From contig JACYMC010000233.1 in the NCBI GenBank assembly GCA_015272195.1, positions 1 to 56,654 of the forward strand: a stretch of 56,654 bases of DNA, written 5' to 3'. Below, one piece after another: positions 10,401 to 18,762 of the stretch. Position numbers and translations under genes: made by a program. The notes below the pieces were generated by a model. That model worked only from the letters and a program-made list of their open reading frames with translations. It searched no databases and was not told where the DNA came from. The stretch is from Candidatus Sericytochromatia bacterium (GTDB lineage Bacteria; Cyanobacteriota; Sericytochromatia; UBA7694). Each line of letters opens with the position of its first letter. The stretch's first letter is position 1.

Positions 10401-10772
10401 CTCAGTCTGGTGCCCTCTCTGGTGGGCATCAGCGTGGACTTTACCAACCTGACCGTGGGACCAACAGGCGAAACCAGCCAGCTGTTCTACCCGCTTTCGG
10501 TTGCCATCGGTTACGGTCTGTTTGTTTCGACCCTGCTGACCCTGGTGTTTGTGCCTGCGGTGTACATGATCGTCGATAACATCCGCAACGCCAGCGGCCG
10601 TCTGGTAAAGAAAATCATGCAGAAGCTGAGCCGCAAACCCCAGGAAGCACTGGCCACCGCCCCCAGCGTGACAGGGCTGGCCGGCAGCGCCCCGGACTAT
10701 CCGCTGGATGCCGAAAGCGTGATGACAGCCTATGAGGCCGTCAAAACCCAGGAGGAGCTGGAACAGTCTTAA
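7494..10772 (+). CDS. RND efflux permease (AcrB/AcrD/AcrF family)
   Basis: 1092 aa with two large periplasmic loops; GMLVDNSVVIVE (TM4), GIVVNNGIVFID (TM10), RVRPVMLTAMTT (TM11). Confidence 0.95.
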   Translation: MGLTRLAIRNATSVFIIIFIVFIVGIQSYLSLPREGSPDIQIPIVIVSTPYFGVAAKDIETLVTVPIEKKLKELSDVKELSSTSAESASIITIEFEPDVDIDNALQKVRDKVDLAKVDLPTDTEESAIIEINFSDFPIMQLNIAGDLGVTALKKIGEDIEDEIEQIKGVLEVNLIGGLEREIKVIVDAERLDYYKLSFNSVINALQAQNVNVPGGSIEVGDLKYLVRVPGEFESMTEIENIVLKAPQGNAVYLKDVARVEDSFEDRTTYARLDGKESITLSIQKRSGENLLRISNEIKTLVEKKKKQYPQLNFTITSDQSDFVKDILADLQNNMITGFLLVLVVLFFALGFFNASFVALAIPLSMMMTFATLQMLGITLNFIVLFALIVALGMLVDNSVVIVEGTYRLMQEGTPRLQASIQASKELGGPLISSTLTTLAAFFPLLFWPGVTGEFMGYFPKLLIIGLSASLFVAVIINPVFTAKFMRLRKGSYNIDGNVRHPLLRGYRWILLLAVRWRYLTVGLTVALFVLTIMVYGKFGKGVIFFSEEEPAVASIEIKLPEGTRVEVTNQIAEQVSAIAEKYREGSIEYIIANVGSASQSDGPAAGGGDGSGSRSHNASVTLDFLDAADRQRSSAEILEEIRKEVQSLTGAEFEIKEQKNGPPSGAPVSLELSGDNLEDLARLTEEIKDLIEPIPGVVDLRDNFSLSKPELIVDVDRAKASLLKLDPLTVGNTIRTAINGTDASKFRELDEEYDITVRLGAERRQSIDDVVRLQVSNRDDEPIALSTVARVETRSGAGSIRRKDSKRTVTIESNVEGRLASEILADVEKVLAEKLTLPAGYSIKYGGEQADQQESGEFLSRAFLLVVMLIFLILVTQFNSFILPVIILSTVVLSIMGVLMGQLVTGSPFSVILSGLGVISLAGIVVNNGIVFIDYIEALKKRGYSAYDAVIQTGLVRVRPVMLTAMTTLLSLVPSLVGISVDFTNLTVGPTGETSQLFYPLSVAIGYGLFVSTLLTLVFVPAVYMIVDNIRNASGRLVKKIMQKLSRKPQEALATAPSVTGLAGSAPDYPLDAESVMTAYEAVKTQEELEQS

Positions 10773-12214
10773 GCGCGGGACCGCTCAATAAAGAGAAACT
10801 GGCGATCTTCAAGGGCTTTGAGAGCCGTGAGGATCGCCAGACGCGTAAAGGGCAGACGCTGGCACAGTGCGCCAATGCTGAGCTGGCCATCCATATCGGC
10901 CAGACAGGCCTGCTCCTCCTGCGTCAACATATCGCTTTCTGAAGGACTCATCAGGGTTTCCGGCACATCCGCCTCCTGGTAATCAGGCCAGATCAGGCGA
11001 TAGGCCTCGCGGGCAGCTTGGCATTGTTTTAAAAGCTGAAAAGAAGGCACTGAAGCCAGAGTCTGTTGCGGGATCTCCGTCAGCGGCTGGCAATAAAAAT
11101 TGCCGCTTTCCCAGCAGACCAGATCTTCCAGCAGCAGGGGCTCCGAAAGTGTGCGCTCTCTGGCCTGAATGGCGCTTAACTGCCCCTGCTCAAAGAACAG
11201 GCGCACCTCCTGAAAGGCGTTCCAGATATGGCAAAAGCCTTTAAAGCGTTTGTCCATAAGGGTTTCAATCATATCCAGCACCCGAAATTGATCAAACTGA
11301 CGCACCCGTGGCAACACCGGCGCACTGGCAGCATCGGGCTGGGCATCTGTGTGATAGACCTGATTCAGCAAATCCTGCATGACGTCGAGCATCTGCGCAC
11401 AGGAAGCATAGCGGTGCTGGGGGCGCTTGTGCAGACAGGTCAGCAAGAACCGGCTCAGATCAGGTCCAATATCGGGATTCAGATCGCCCGGCCAGGCCGG
11501 CGCTTTGCTGAAAATATGCACCACCGCCGCACCAGGACTTTCGGCATCAAAAGGCAGGCGCCCAGTTAAGACCTCATAAAAACTGGCCCCCAGAGAATAA
11601 ATATCCCCCTGATGGCTGGTCAGATGGCTGTTGTGTAATTGCTCAGGTGACATATACGCTACCGTCCCCAGCAGGGTGCCATCGGTCGTGACCTGAGAGC
11701 TGAATTCAAATTTGGCAACGCCAAAATCCAGCAGTTTGGCCGTTTCATGGCCAATAATCATGATATTTTCGGGCTTGATATCCCGGTGAACCACATTATT
11801 GTGGTGGGCATAGTCCAGCGCCTGCACAATATGGCGCATCAGATACAGCAGATGACGGTGCGAAGGTCGGTGCTGCCGCACATAATCCTTCAGATGCATG
11901 CCGGCCAGAAACTCGGTGACCAGATAATATTCATCACCCACCTGAAAGGCATCATAAACCGCCATAATATGCGGATGATTCAAAAAAGCCATGGTGCGCG
12001 CTTCGTTCTGAAAACGCTGAATGCGTTTGTGACGCTCTTTATCGCCGAGATTCGCGGGCAACTGCAGGTGTTTGATGGCCACGATCTGACCGCGTTCCTG
12101 ATCATGGGCCCGGTAGACCGTGGCGCTGCCGCCACGGCCAGCCTCAGCCAAAATCACATAGCGCCCGGCAATTTGGGTTCCCACAGCGTGAGAGGGGTTC
12201 AGGATTTTCAGCAT
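10769..12214 (-). CDS. Hanks-type Ser/Thr protein kinase with C-terminal DUF4388/PATAN-like region
   Basis: GRGGSATVY, VAIK, HRDIKPEN, DFG, GTVAYMSPEQ, no TM. The ATG at 12214 has a GAGGAG RBS. The C-terminal domain call is tentative. Confidence 0.9.
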   Translation of the reverse strand: MLKILNPSHAVGTQIAGRYVILAEAGRGGSATVYRAHDQERGQIVAIKHLQLPANLGDKERHKRIQRFQNEARTMAFLNHPHIMAVYDAFQVGDEYYLVTEFLAGMHLKDYVRQHRPSHRHLLYLMRHIVQALDYAHHNNVVHRDIKPENIMIIGHETAKLLDFGVAKFEFSSQVTTDGTLLGTVAYMSPEQLHNSHLTSHQGDIYSLGASFYEVLTGRLPFDAESPGAAVVHIFSKAPAWPGDLNPDIGPDLSRFLLTCLHKRPQHRYASCAQMLDVMQDLLNQVYHTDAQPDAASAPVLPRVRQFDQFRVLDMIETLMDKRFKGFCHIWNAFQEVRLFFEQGQLSAIQARERTLSEPLLLEDLVCWESGNFYCQPLTEIPQQTLASVPSFQLLKQCQAAREAYRLIWPDYQEADVPETLMSPSESDMLTQEEQACLADMDGQLSIGALCQRLPFTRLAILTALKALEDRQFLFIERSRA

Positions 12215-12328
12215 GGCCAGCTCCTCGGCAATTGTCAGCATTCTGTTACAATTATCTTAACGAGGAATGGCCTGCGGGGTAAAGGGTGAAACGCAAAAAA
12301 AGTTTACGAAACTTAAAATAATAAACAA

Positions 12329-13024
12329 TCAGGGCTGGTAAGCGCCAAAACCGAGCATCAGACGCAGATAAAAGCCACCCGGATACAGATTGGGACCACC
12401 CTGAACGGGCAATTGCTGGCTGTACCAGTCAGCCGCACCCAGCGGAAAAAGATAGCCGGCCCGCAGTCCCAGCGCTGGCCCGCGACTGTCTTCAGCTCCC
12501 AGGCCCAGAGGGGCAATGCCGTTCAGTCCCAGCCCCACATCCATCAGCCAGCTGTGACTGCTGGCCTGGCCCAGATGGGGTGTGCTGCCCTGTGACATGT
12601 TCAGCACACTGCCGAGGTTCTGGGAGCTGCTCAGCTGCACCCCGCCCCAGCCCAGACCGATATAGGGATACAGCTGAAACTGGGGCGTTCCCGCCAGCAT
12701 ATAACCCAGGTGAAACAGGCTGTACTGGCCGGCCAGATGCACGGCTTCCGGCTCAGCCACAGTGGTCTGCCCCCAGAGACTCTGGTATTCACCGCCAAAG
12801 AGCACACGCTCATAAACGCCGTAAACGCCCACACCCTGACCCCAGAAAGCCCCGTTCAGAGATTCAAAACCAGCCGTTTGAAGGGCCGTATTGAGAGGGG
12901 CGGGGTTTAAAAAGTTGCCGCCACCACTGTAATAAAACAAAATGCCGCTGTCTTTGGCGGCAGCGGGGGCGCTGAGCAAAGTGGCCAGCAGACCACAGGC
13001 TCCCAGCAGGTGCTGAAATCGCAT
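12329..13024 (-). CDS. Small exported protein, probable outer-membrane beta-barrel
   Basis: Signal peptide; Gly/aromatic alternating strands (LYPYIGLGWGG, LGLRAGY, FYLRLMLGFG). GAAGGAG RBS before ATG 13024. Confidence 0.65.
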   Translation of the reverse strand: MRFQHLLGACGLLATLLSAPAAAKDSGILFYYSGGGNFLNPAPLNTALQTAGFESLNGAFWGQGVGVYGVYERVLFGGEYQSLWGQTTVAEPEAVHLAGQYSLFHLGYMLAGTPQFQLYPYIGLGWGGVQLSSSQNLGSVLNMSQGSTPHLGQASSHSWLMDVGLGLNGIAPLGLGAEDSRGPALGLRAGYLFPLGAADWYSQQLPVQGGPNLYPGGFYLRLMLGFGAYQP

Positions 13025-13040
13025 TAAATCATTCTCCTTC

Positions 13041-13073
13041 AAAAAAGCGAAACAGCAGCCCGAAGGCTGCTGT
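13041..13073 (-). terminator. Intrinsic terminator of the RRM gene
   Basis: ACAGCAGCC-TTCG-GGCTGCTGT (cUUCGg loop) followed by TTCGCTTTTTT on the minus strand. Confidence 0.85.
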
Positions 13074-13111
13074 CGGTGTCTAAAAAGTTTCAGGCGCCAG
13101 GCGCGTTCAGC

Positions 13112-13387
13112 TTAATAGCGGCTGAATTCGCGGCGGGGACGCTGCTCACGAGGCTTGGCTTCGTTCACGTTCAGCTGACGGCCCATGAATTCCTGACCAT
13201 TGAGTGCTTCAATGGCTTTCTGGCCAGCTTCCTGAGAAGCCATTTCCACAAAACCAAAGCCGCGGGGACGGCCGCTTTCGCGGTCGGTGATAACGCGAGC
13301 GCTGATGACTTCGCCGTACTGGGCAAAATGATCACCGAGATCATAGTCGTTGGTTTGATAAGAAAGGTTGCCTACATAGATATTCAT
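13112..13387 (-). CDS. RRM-domain RNA-binding protein (Rbp type)
   Basis: RNP2 IYVGNL and RNP1 RGFGFVEM, LNVNEAKPRE. Confidence 0.95.
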   Translation of the reverse strand: MNIYVGNLSYQTNDYDLGDHFAQYGEVISARVITDRESGRPRGFGFVEMASQEAGQKAIEALNGQEFMGRQLNVNEAKPREQRPRREFSRY

Positions 13388-13667
13388 TGAAATGAATTCC
13401 TTTACACGTTAAGTTTATTGGGAACAAGCCAGTCGAATCGCGGGGACTACATGAAGCTGATAGACGCGAGGACCGGGTACTTAACCTGTAACTTGCGGGG
13501 CAATCGGCGGTATCATGAATCGGAAGCGAATGAACGTTTTAAGTTCCTCGATTCTTACTATACCCCATCCCGTTTAGAAATACCAGCCCCCCCACAGCAA
13601 TTTTTTTTCACTGCGCTATAATAAAGACATTCTTCTTCATTCTTTTATTGACTTTAAGGAAACAAAA

Positions 13668-15731
13668 ATGTCACAGAGCCAGACGCTGAAAATGGGTGAG
13701 ATCCTGATCCGGGAAGGCTACCTGACCATGGACGCCTGCCAGAAAGTGCTCCAGATTCAAAAAGAACAGGGCTATATCTCCAAGTCCCGCAAAGCTTACA
13801 AGCCCTTCGGGCAAATCTGCGTCGAGCTGAAACTGCTCAGCGCAGACGAGCTGCAGCGGGTACTCCAGAAGCACCAGAAGCGCATCCGTCTGGGAGAGCT
13901 GCTGCTCAATCAGGGCCTGATTCAGGCCAAACAGCTCGAAAAAGCCCTGGAGCGCCAGGCCGATTCGGGCAAAAAACTCGGCCAGCTGCTGCTGGAGGCC
14001 AACGCGATCAACCCCAATCAGCTGATGGACGCCCTGGCCCTGCAGCTGGACCTGCCGCGCATGACGCCCGATCTGGATTTGATCGACACCAGCCTGCTGA
14101 CAGCCTTTGCGCTCGACTTTTACCGCGAAGCGGGCTGCCTGCCGCTGTATTGCCATAACGACGAACTGACGGTGGTCATGGCAGATCCCCTGAATCAGGA
14201 ACTGATCAAGCAGCTACAACGGCAGTATCGTGCCCGCATTTGCCCCGCGCTGGCGCCACCGGCGCAGATTCAGGCCACCCTGGACGCCTTTGCCGCCCGG
14301 CAGGCGGGGCAGCCTGCCGTAACAGAACCTGTGTCTGACGCGCCACAGGCCATTGCGATAGGCGCTGAAAGCCTGACACCCCCACCCGAAAGCCCCGCTG
14401 AGCAGGCCCAGAGTACAGCCACAGCGGAAGTGGCAGAACGGCCTCAGCCCACCGCCCCTGCCAGTGCCAGTCCAACTGTCAGCGATCAGGCTTTGCAAGT
14501 GGTCGATTTTTTAATCAAAAATGCCCTCAAAGAGCGGGCCAACGCCATTCATATTGAGCCCCAGCAAAAACACCTGCGGGTGCGCTACCGCATTGACGGA
14601 GTGTTGCACCACAAAACTGATTTGCCCAGCCACCTGGCTGAACGCCTGAGCGTGGGGCTCAAAAGTATCTGTGGCCTGGATCCGAGCCCCAGCCGCCGCC
14701 AGCAGCGGGCGCGCTGCCAGCACCTGTTTCAAGGGCAGCCCTTGCAGCTGCAGCTGGCCACCTATCCCAGCGCCTGGGGTGAAAGCCTGGTGCTGGAAGC
14801 CGCGGCTGAGAACGAACAGCAGGATCATCTGCTCAATCTGGAGCGGATTGGCTTTTCACCGCTTAACCTGCTGCGCTACCGACACCTGCTCAGCGAGCCC
14901 GGCGGCCTGATGATTCTGACCGGCCCGGCCCGCACGGGCAAAAGCACCACGCTCTACGCCTCGGTACACGATCTCAACCAGCGCCAGCGAGCGATTATGA
15001 CGGCCGAAGATTCGATTGAACGCCCGGTACCGGGGGCAATTCAGGCCGCCTACCAGGCCGAGCGGGACGGTCATTTTGCGGATTTGATCCGGGCCATGGC
15101 CTACCTGGACCCCGACGTGCTGATGGTCAGCGAAATCCAGAATAGCGAAAGCCTTGAAGCGATTACGGAGCTGGCATCAGGCGGGGCCAAGGTCCTGACC
15201 GCCTATCCGGCTTTTGACGCCACCGGCGCCATGCTGCGCCTGAACCGCATGGGCCTGAACCACTACCTGATCGCCAGCAGTCAGCTCACGGTTCTCTCGC
15301 AGCGTCTGGTGCGCAAGCTCTGCCCACACTGCCGCCAGCCCGAGAGCCCCGACCCGCACCTGCTGCGCCAGCTGGGCCTGGTGGATGTAGACCCCAGTGT
15401 GCATACCTATTTCCGCCCGGTGGGCTGCAGCCAGTGTCAGATGCATGGCTTTATGGGGCAGACGGCCATACACGAACTGCTGCATATCAACGAAGCCATC
15501 CGTGAGGCCATTCTGGCCCAGCACCCGGCGGCCACCATCCGGGGCATTGCCCGCACCGAGGCCAAGCTGGTGTCGATGGCTGAAGATGGCCTGTATAAAG
15601 CCATCACCGGCGTGACCTCGCTGGCAGAAGTGCAGCGGGTGGCCTTTGTGAATGAATACGATCTGCAGACCCCCTGGGAAGCCGAAGAAATTGAGGCGAT
15701 CTGCAAAGGGGAAGTCGCGGAGTTTATCTGA
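13668..15731 (+). CDS. GspE/PilB-family ATPase-like protein with tandem MshEN motifs; catalytic motifs degenerate
   Basis: RLGELLLNQGLI...ALERQ motifs, IHIEP, RYRIDG, Walker A GPARTGKST, QRLVRKLCPHC, GCSQC. His box and arginine fingers are substituted. Confidence 0.85.
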   Translation: MSQSQTLKMGEILIREGYLTMDACQKVLQIQKEQGYISKSRKAYKPFGQICVELKLLSADELQRVLQKHQKRIRLGELLLNQGLIQAKQLEKALERQADSGKKLGQLLLEANAINPNQLMDALALQLDLPRMTPDLDLIDTSLLTAFALDFYREAGCLPLYCHNDELTVVMADPLNQELIKQLQRQYRARICPALAPPAQIQATLDAFAARQAGQPAVTEPVSDAPQAIAIGAESLTPPPESPAEQAQSTATAEVAERPQPTAPASASPTVSDQALQVVDFLIKNALKERANAIHIEPQQKHLRVRYRIDGVLHHKTDLPSHLAERLSVGLKSICGLDPSPSRRQQRARCQHLFQGQPLQLQLATYPSAWGESLVLEAAAENEQQDHLLNLERIGFSPLNLLRYRHLLSEPGGLMILTGPARTGKSTTLYASVHDLNQRQRAIMTAEDSIERPVPGAIQAAYQAERDGHFADLIRAMAYLDPDVLMVSEIQNSESLEAITELASGGAKVLTAYPAFDATGAMLRLNRMGLNHYLIASSQLTVLSQRLVRKLCPHCRQPESPDPHLLRQLGLVDVDPSVHTYFRPVGCSQCQMHGFMGQTAIHELLHINEAIREAILAQHPAATIRGIARTEAKLVSMAEDGLYKAITGVTSLAEVQRVAFVNEYDLQTPWEAEEIEAICKGEVAEFI

Positions 15732-15807
15732 ATGTGCTGAGCCGCGATAAAGTGCCGGCATTTTGTGGTACACAGAAATCATCCGCGTGGTCAGGAAAGG
15801 AGGTTCC

Positions 15808-16701
15808 ATGACACTGCCTCAACGCCCTTTTTATCAGGCATGGCTCTGTTTGTGGCTGGCTGTGCTGTGCTGCGGCGGAGGCTGTAGCGCCACAGCAAGA
15901 GACGCCCTCAGGGCAGGCAGCGGCAGCTTTGTGTTCAGTCCGTCACGGACGACCACACAGCTGCAGGTCTGGTATTACCATCCGCCGAATCTTCGCCCCG
16001 AAGATCCGATTGTATTTGTCATGCATGGCGTCAAACGTAACGGCCAAAAATACCGGGACAGCTGGGTTAAACATGCTCAGAACAAGCGGTTTCTGTTGCT
16101 GGTGCCTGAATTTTCGCAGCAGGCTTATCCCGGCAGTGCCGGGTATAATCTGGGCAACATGTTTGCCGCGTCAGGCAGGCCAAATGCGCCTGATTTATGG
16201 GGTTTCACTGTCATTGAACAGCTTTTTGATCACGTCAGAGAGCTTACACAGAGTCAGGCGTCAGCCTACAGCTTGTATGGTCACTCGGCCGGCGCGCAGT
16301 TTGTGCATCGCCTGCTCATGTTTCAGCCTGACGCCAGAGTTAAAACAGCCATCGCAGCAAATGCCGGCTGGTATACGATGCCAACAGACCGCGTGGCCTT
16401 TCCTTACGGGCTGAAGCATTCCGGCACAAATCTGGCGACCGTTTCCCAGGCGTTCACCCACGACCTGGTGATTCTGCTGGGCGAAAAAGACACGGACACA
16501 AGAGACAACAATCTGCGAACCACACCAGAAGCGATGGCGCAGGGCCCACATCGCCTGGCCAGAGGGCATGCCTTCTATAACGCGGCACAGCAAGCAGCCC
16601 AAAGCCAGAACGTCAGGCTGAACTGGCAGTTAAAAGAGGTGGCCGGTGTTGGGCACAGCAATACAAAAATGGCTGAAGCCGCCGCCGGCATTTTGCGCTG
16701 A
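15808..16701 (+). CDS. Exported alpha/beta serine hydrolase, PahZ1 (polyaspartate hydrolase)-like
   Basis: AGGAGG RBS before ATG 15808; hydrophobic leader; VMHG, YGHSAGAQFVHR, ANAGWYTMP, PYGL, GEKD, GVGHS. Confidence 0.75.
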   Translation: MTLPQRPFYQAWLCLWLAVLCCGGGCSATARDALRAGSGSFVFSPSRTTTQLQVWYYHPPNLRPEDPIVFVMHGVKRNGQKYRDSWVKHAQNKRFLLLVPEFSQQAYPGSAGYNLGNMFAASGRPNAPDLWGFTVIEQLFDHVRELTQSQASAYSLYGHSAGAQFVHRLLMFQPDARVKTAIAANAGWYTMPTDRVAFPYGLKHSGTNLATVSQAFTHDLVILLGEKDTDTRDNNLRTTPEAMAQGPHRLARGHAFYNAAQQAAQSQNVRLNWQLKEVAGVGHSNTKMAEAAAGILR

Positions 16702-16773
16702 CAGCGCTGGATGCAGCGCACCAAACCCTGATAGTCTCTGTCAGGGATATCTTTAAGGATGCAGCAGCAGCCA

Positions 16774-18714
16774 TCAGCTCAGCGCAGCGGCCAGGGCATC
16801 AGCCAGCCCGGAAGGGCGCTGCACACGGGTTTCAATGGCGGCGCTCAGAACGGCCTGTGAACCAAAGAGCGTGGCCTGCTGACGGGCGCGGGTCAGACCC
16901 GTATAGACCAGTTCACGCGTCACGAGCGGATGCACTTCAGGAGGCAGCACCAGCCAGACCCGATCAAACTCAGAGCCCTGGCTTTTGTGCACCGTCAGGG
17001 CCCAGGCACTCTCATGGGCACCCAGCTGAGCGGGCGAAAAGCTTTTGATCGTGCCGTCAGCCCGCCGGAAATGCACCCGCGGTGCCTCGCCGGGCAATCG
17101 CCAGACCACCCCGATATCGCCATTGTACAACTGGTGGGTATAGTCATTGGCCGTGATCAGAATCGGACGCCGATGATAAAAGGGCTGCCGGGGTGACAGG
17201 CCCGCCCGCTGACACCAGCTCTGGCTCAGCTGGCGGTTAAGGGCCTCGGCCCCATACGGGCCGCGCCGCAAGGCTGTCAACAGCATAAAGGCTTCCAGGC
17301 GCTCCAGCGCGTCGCCTGGCGTGCCCGCATGCAGATAAGGCGCAAAAGCCGACAGCAATTCGTCCTGCAGCGCATCCCAGCGGGCGGGCAGGGGCCGCAG
17401 ACTGACTTCCTGCTGATCGGCAGCGTCCAGCACGGCCAGTGCTTCGGCCTGCGCGCCATCGCGTACGGCAAAGGCCAGGCGACCAATGCCACTGCGAGCA
17501 TCAAAGCGGTGGCTGTGGCTGAGACCAATCACCGCATCGCTGAACGCGCGATCGTCAAGGCCCAGGGCTGTGGGCTCAGCCCCCGTCAGCTCCAGCAGCA
17601 GCTGGCGCCGGGCCGGTGTAAAGCCCTGGGCTGCGGCCTGGCGGCAAAGGTCTCCCAGCACGGCCCCGGCCTCCACCGAGGCCAGCTGGTCTTTGTCACC
17701 CAGCAAAATCAGCCGGGTGTCAGACGCCACCGCATCCAGCAGTTTGGCCATCAGGGCCAGATCAACCATCGAAGCCTCGTCCAGAATCACCACATCCCAG
17801 GGCAAGGGCTTGTCCTGATGGTGGCGAAAATCAATGCGGCCGGGCTGATAGCCCAGCAAGCGGTGCAGGGTCATGGCGTCTTTTGGAAAGCGGGCCAGCA
17901 AATCAGCCGGAACCCCGCGAGCCAGCAGGTCAGAGCGGCTTTTATCGAGGGCCTGTTTCATGCGGGCGGCAGCTTTGCCCGTGGGGGCTGTCAGCACCAC
18001 GCGCAGCTCGGGCTGACTGCTCAGCAGGAGGGCCAGCAAACGGGCCACAGTGGTGGTTTTGCCCGTGCCCGGACCACCTGAAATAAGGGTCAGGGGATTG
18101 AGCAGGGCCGAGGCAACGGCGACCTGCTGCCAGTCCACGGCCGTCTGACTGGCGGCGCCAAAGAGCCGGGCCAGCTGCTCTGCAGCGTCTGCAGGTGGCG
18201 TATAGCTGCTGTTCATGCGTGCGGCCAGATTGTGGGCCAACTGCTGCTCATAATGCCAGTAGCGATAAAGATAGAGCAGCTTACCGCGCAGCACCAGGGG
18301 CGTGCGGGACTGGCCTTCTGTGACCACAGCAGGGGCCGCTGCCAGCGCCGCCAGCCAGGGCGTCAGCAAGGGAAAGTGTGTCGGAAACCCCGGTGGCAGA
18401 CGGTCCAGCGCCAGCTGCTCAGCCACGGGCTGGCCAGCAAGTGCCTCCAGATCCAGACAACTCTGCTGGCGGCGGCTGGCTTCACTCAGGGCAAAGGCCG
18501 CCAGCCAGAGCGGCGCCGGCCAGGGCTGGTCTGTATCCTGTCCGGCGCAGCGCAGCATCAGATCGGCAAAATGCCGGCTCAATGACGGCAAAGCCAGAAT
18601 ATTCAGCGGGTCAAGCAGACGGGCTGATTCAGCCGGCAGGTTGGGGCCCAGGGCCACCGACGCTTCAGCATCGGTTTGGCCGGTTTGGCTCAAGGGCAGA
18701 CTTTCGGCAGGCAC
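16774..18714 (-). CDS. recD: Exodeoxyribonuclease V alpha subunit (RecD)
   Basis: LYLYRYWHYEQ, DWQQVA, GGPGTGKTT, APTGKAA, TLHRLLG, DEASMVD, GDKDQL, TVHKSQGSEF, RELVYTGLTRA. Confidence 0.93.
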   Translation of the reverse strand: MPAESLPLSQTGQTDAEASVALGPNLPAESARLLDPLNILALPSLSRHFADLMLRCAGQDTDQPWPAPLWLAAFALSEASRRQQSCLDLEALAGQPVAEQLALDRLPPGFPTHFPLLTPWLAALAAAPAVVTEGQSRTPLVLRGKLLYLYRYWHYEQQLAHNLAARMNSSYTPPADAAEQLARLFGAASQTAVDWQQVAVASALLNPLTLISGGPGTGKTTTVARLLALLLSSQPELRVVLTAPTGKAAARMKQALDKSRSDLLARGVPADLLARFPKDAMTLHRLLGYQPGRIDFRHHQDKPLPWDVVILDEASMVDLALMAKLLDAVASDTRLILLGDKDQLASVEAGAVLGDLCRQAAAQGFTPARRQLLLELTGAEPTALGLDDRAFSDAVIGLSHSHRFDARSGIGRLAFAVRDGAQAEALAVLDAADQQEVSLRPLPARWDALQDELLSAFAPYLHAGTPGDALERLEAFMLLTALRRGPYGAEALNRQLSQSWCQRAGLSPRQPFYHRRPILITANDYTHQLYNGDIGVVWRLPGEAPRVHFRRADGTIKSFSPAQLGAHESAWALTVHKSQGSEFDRVWLVLPPEVHPLVTRELVYTGLTRARQQATLFGSQAVLSAAIETRVQRPSGLADALAAALS

Positions 18715-18762
18715 AGCAGGCTCCTTAGAGGGGATGTATGCGCTATTTTAGCAGAAAGTGCC

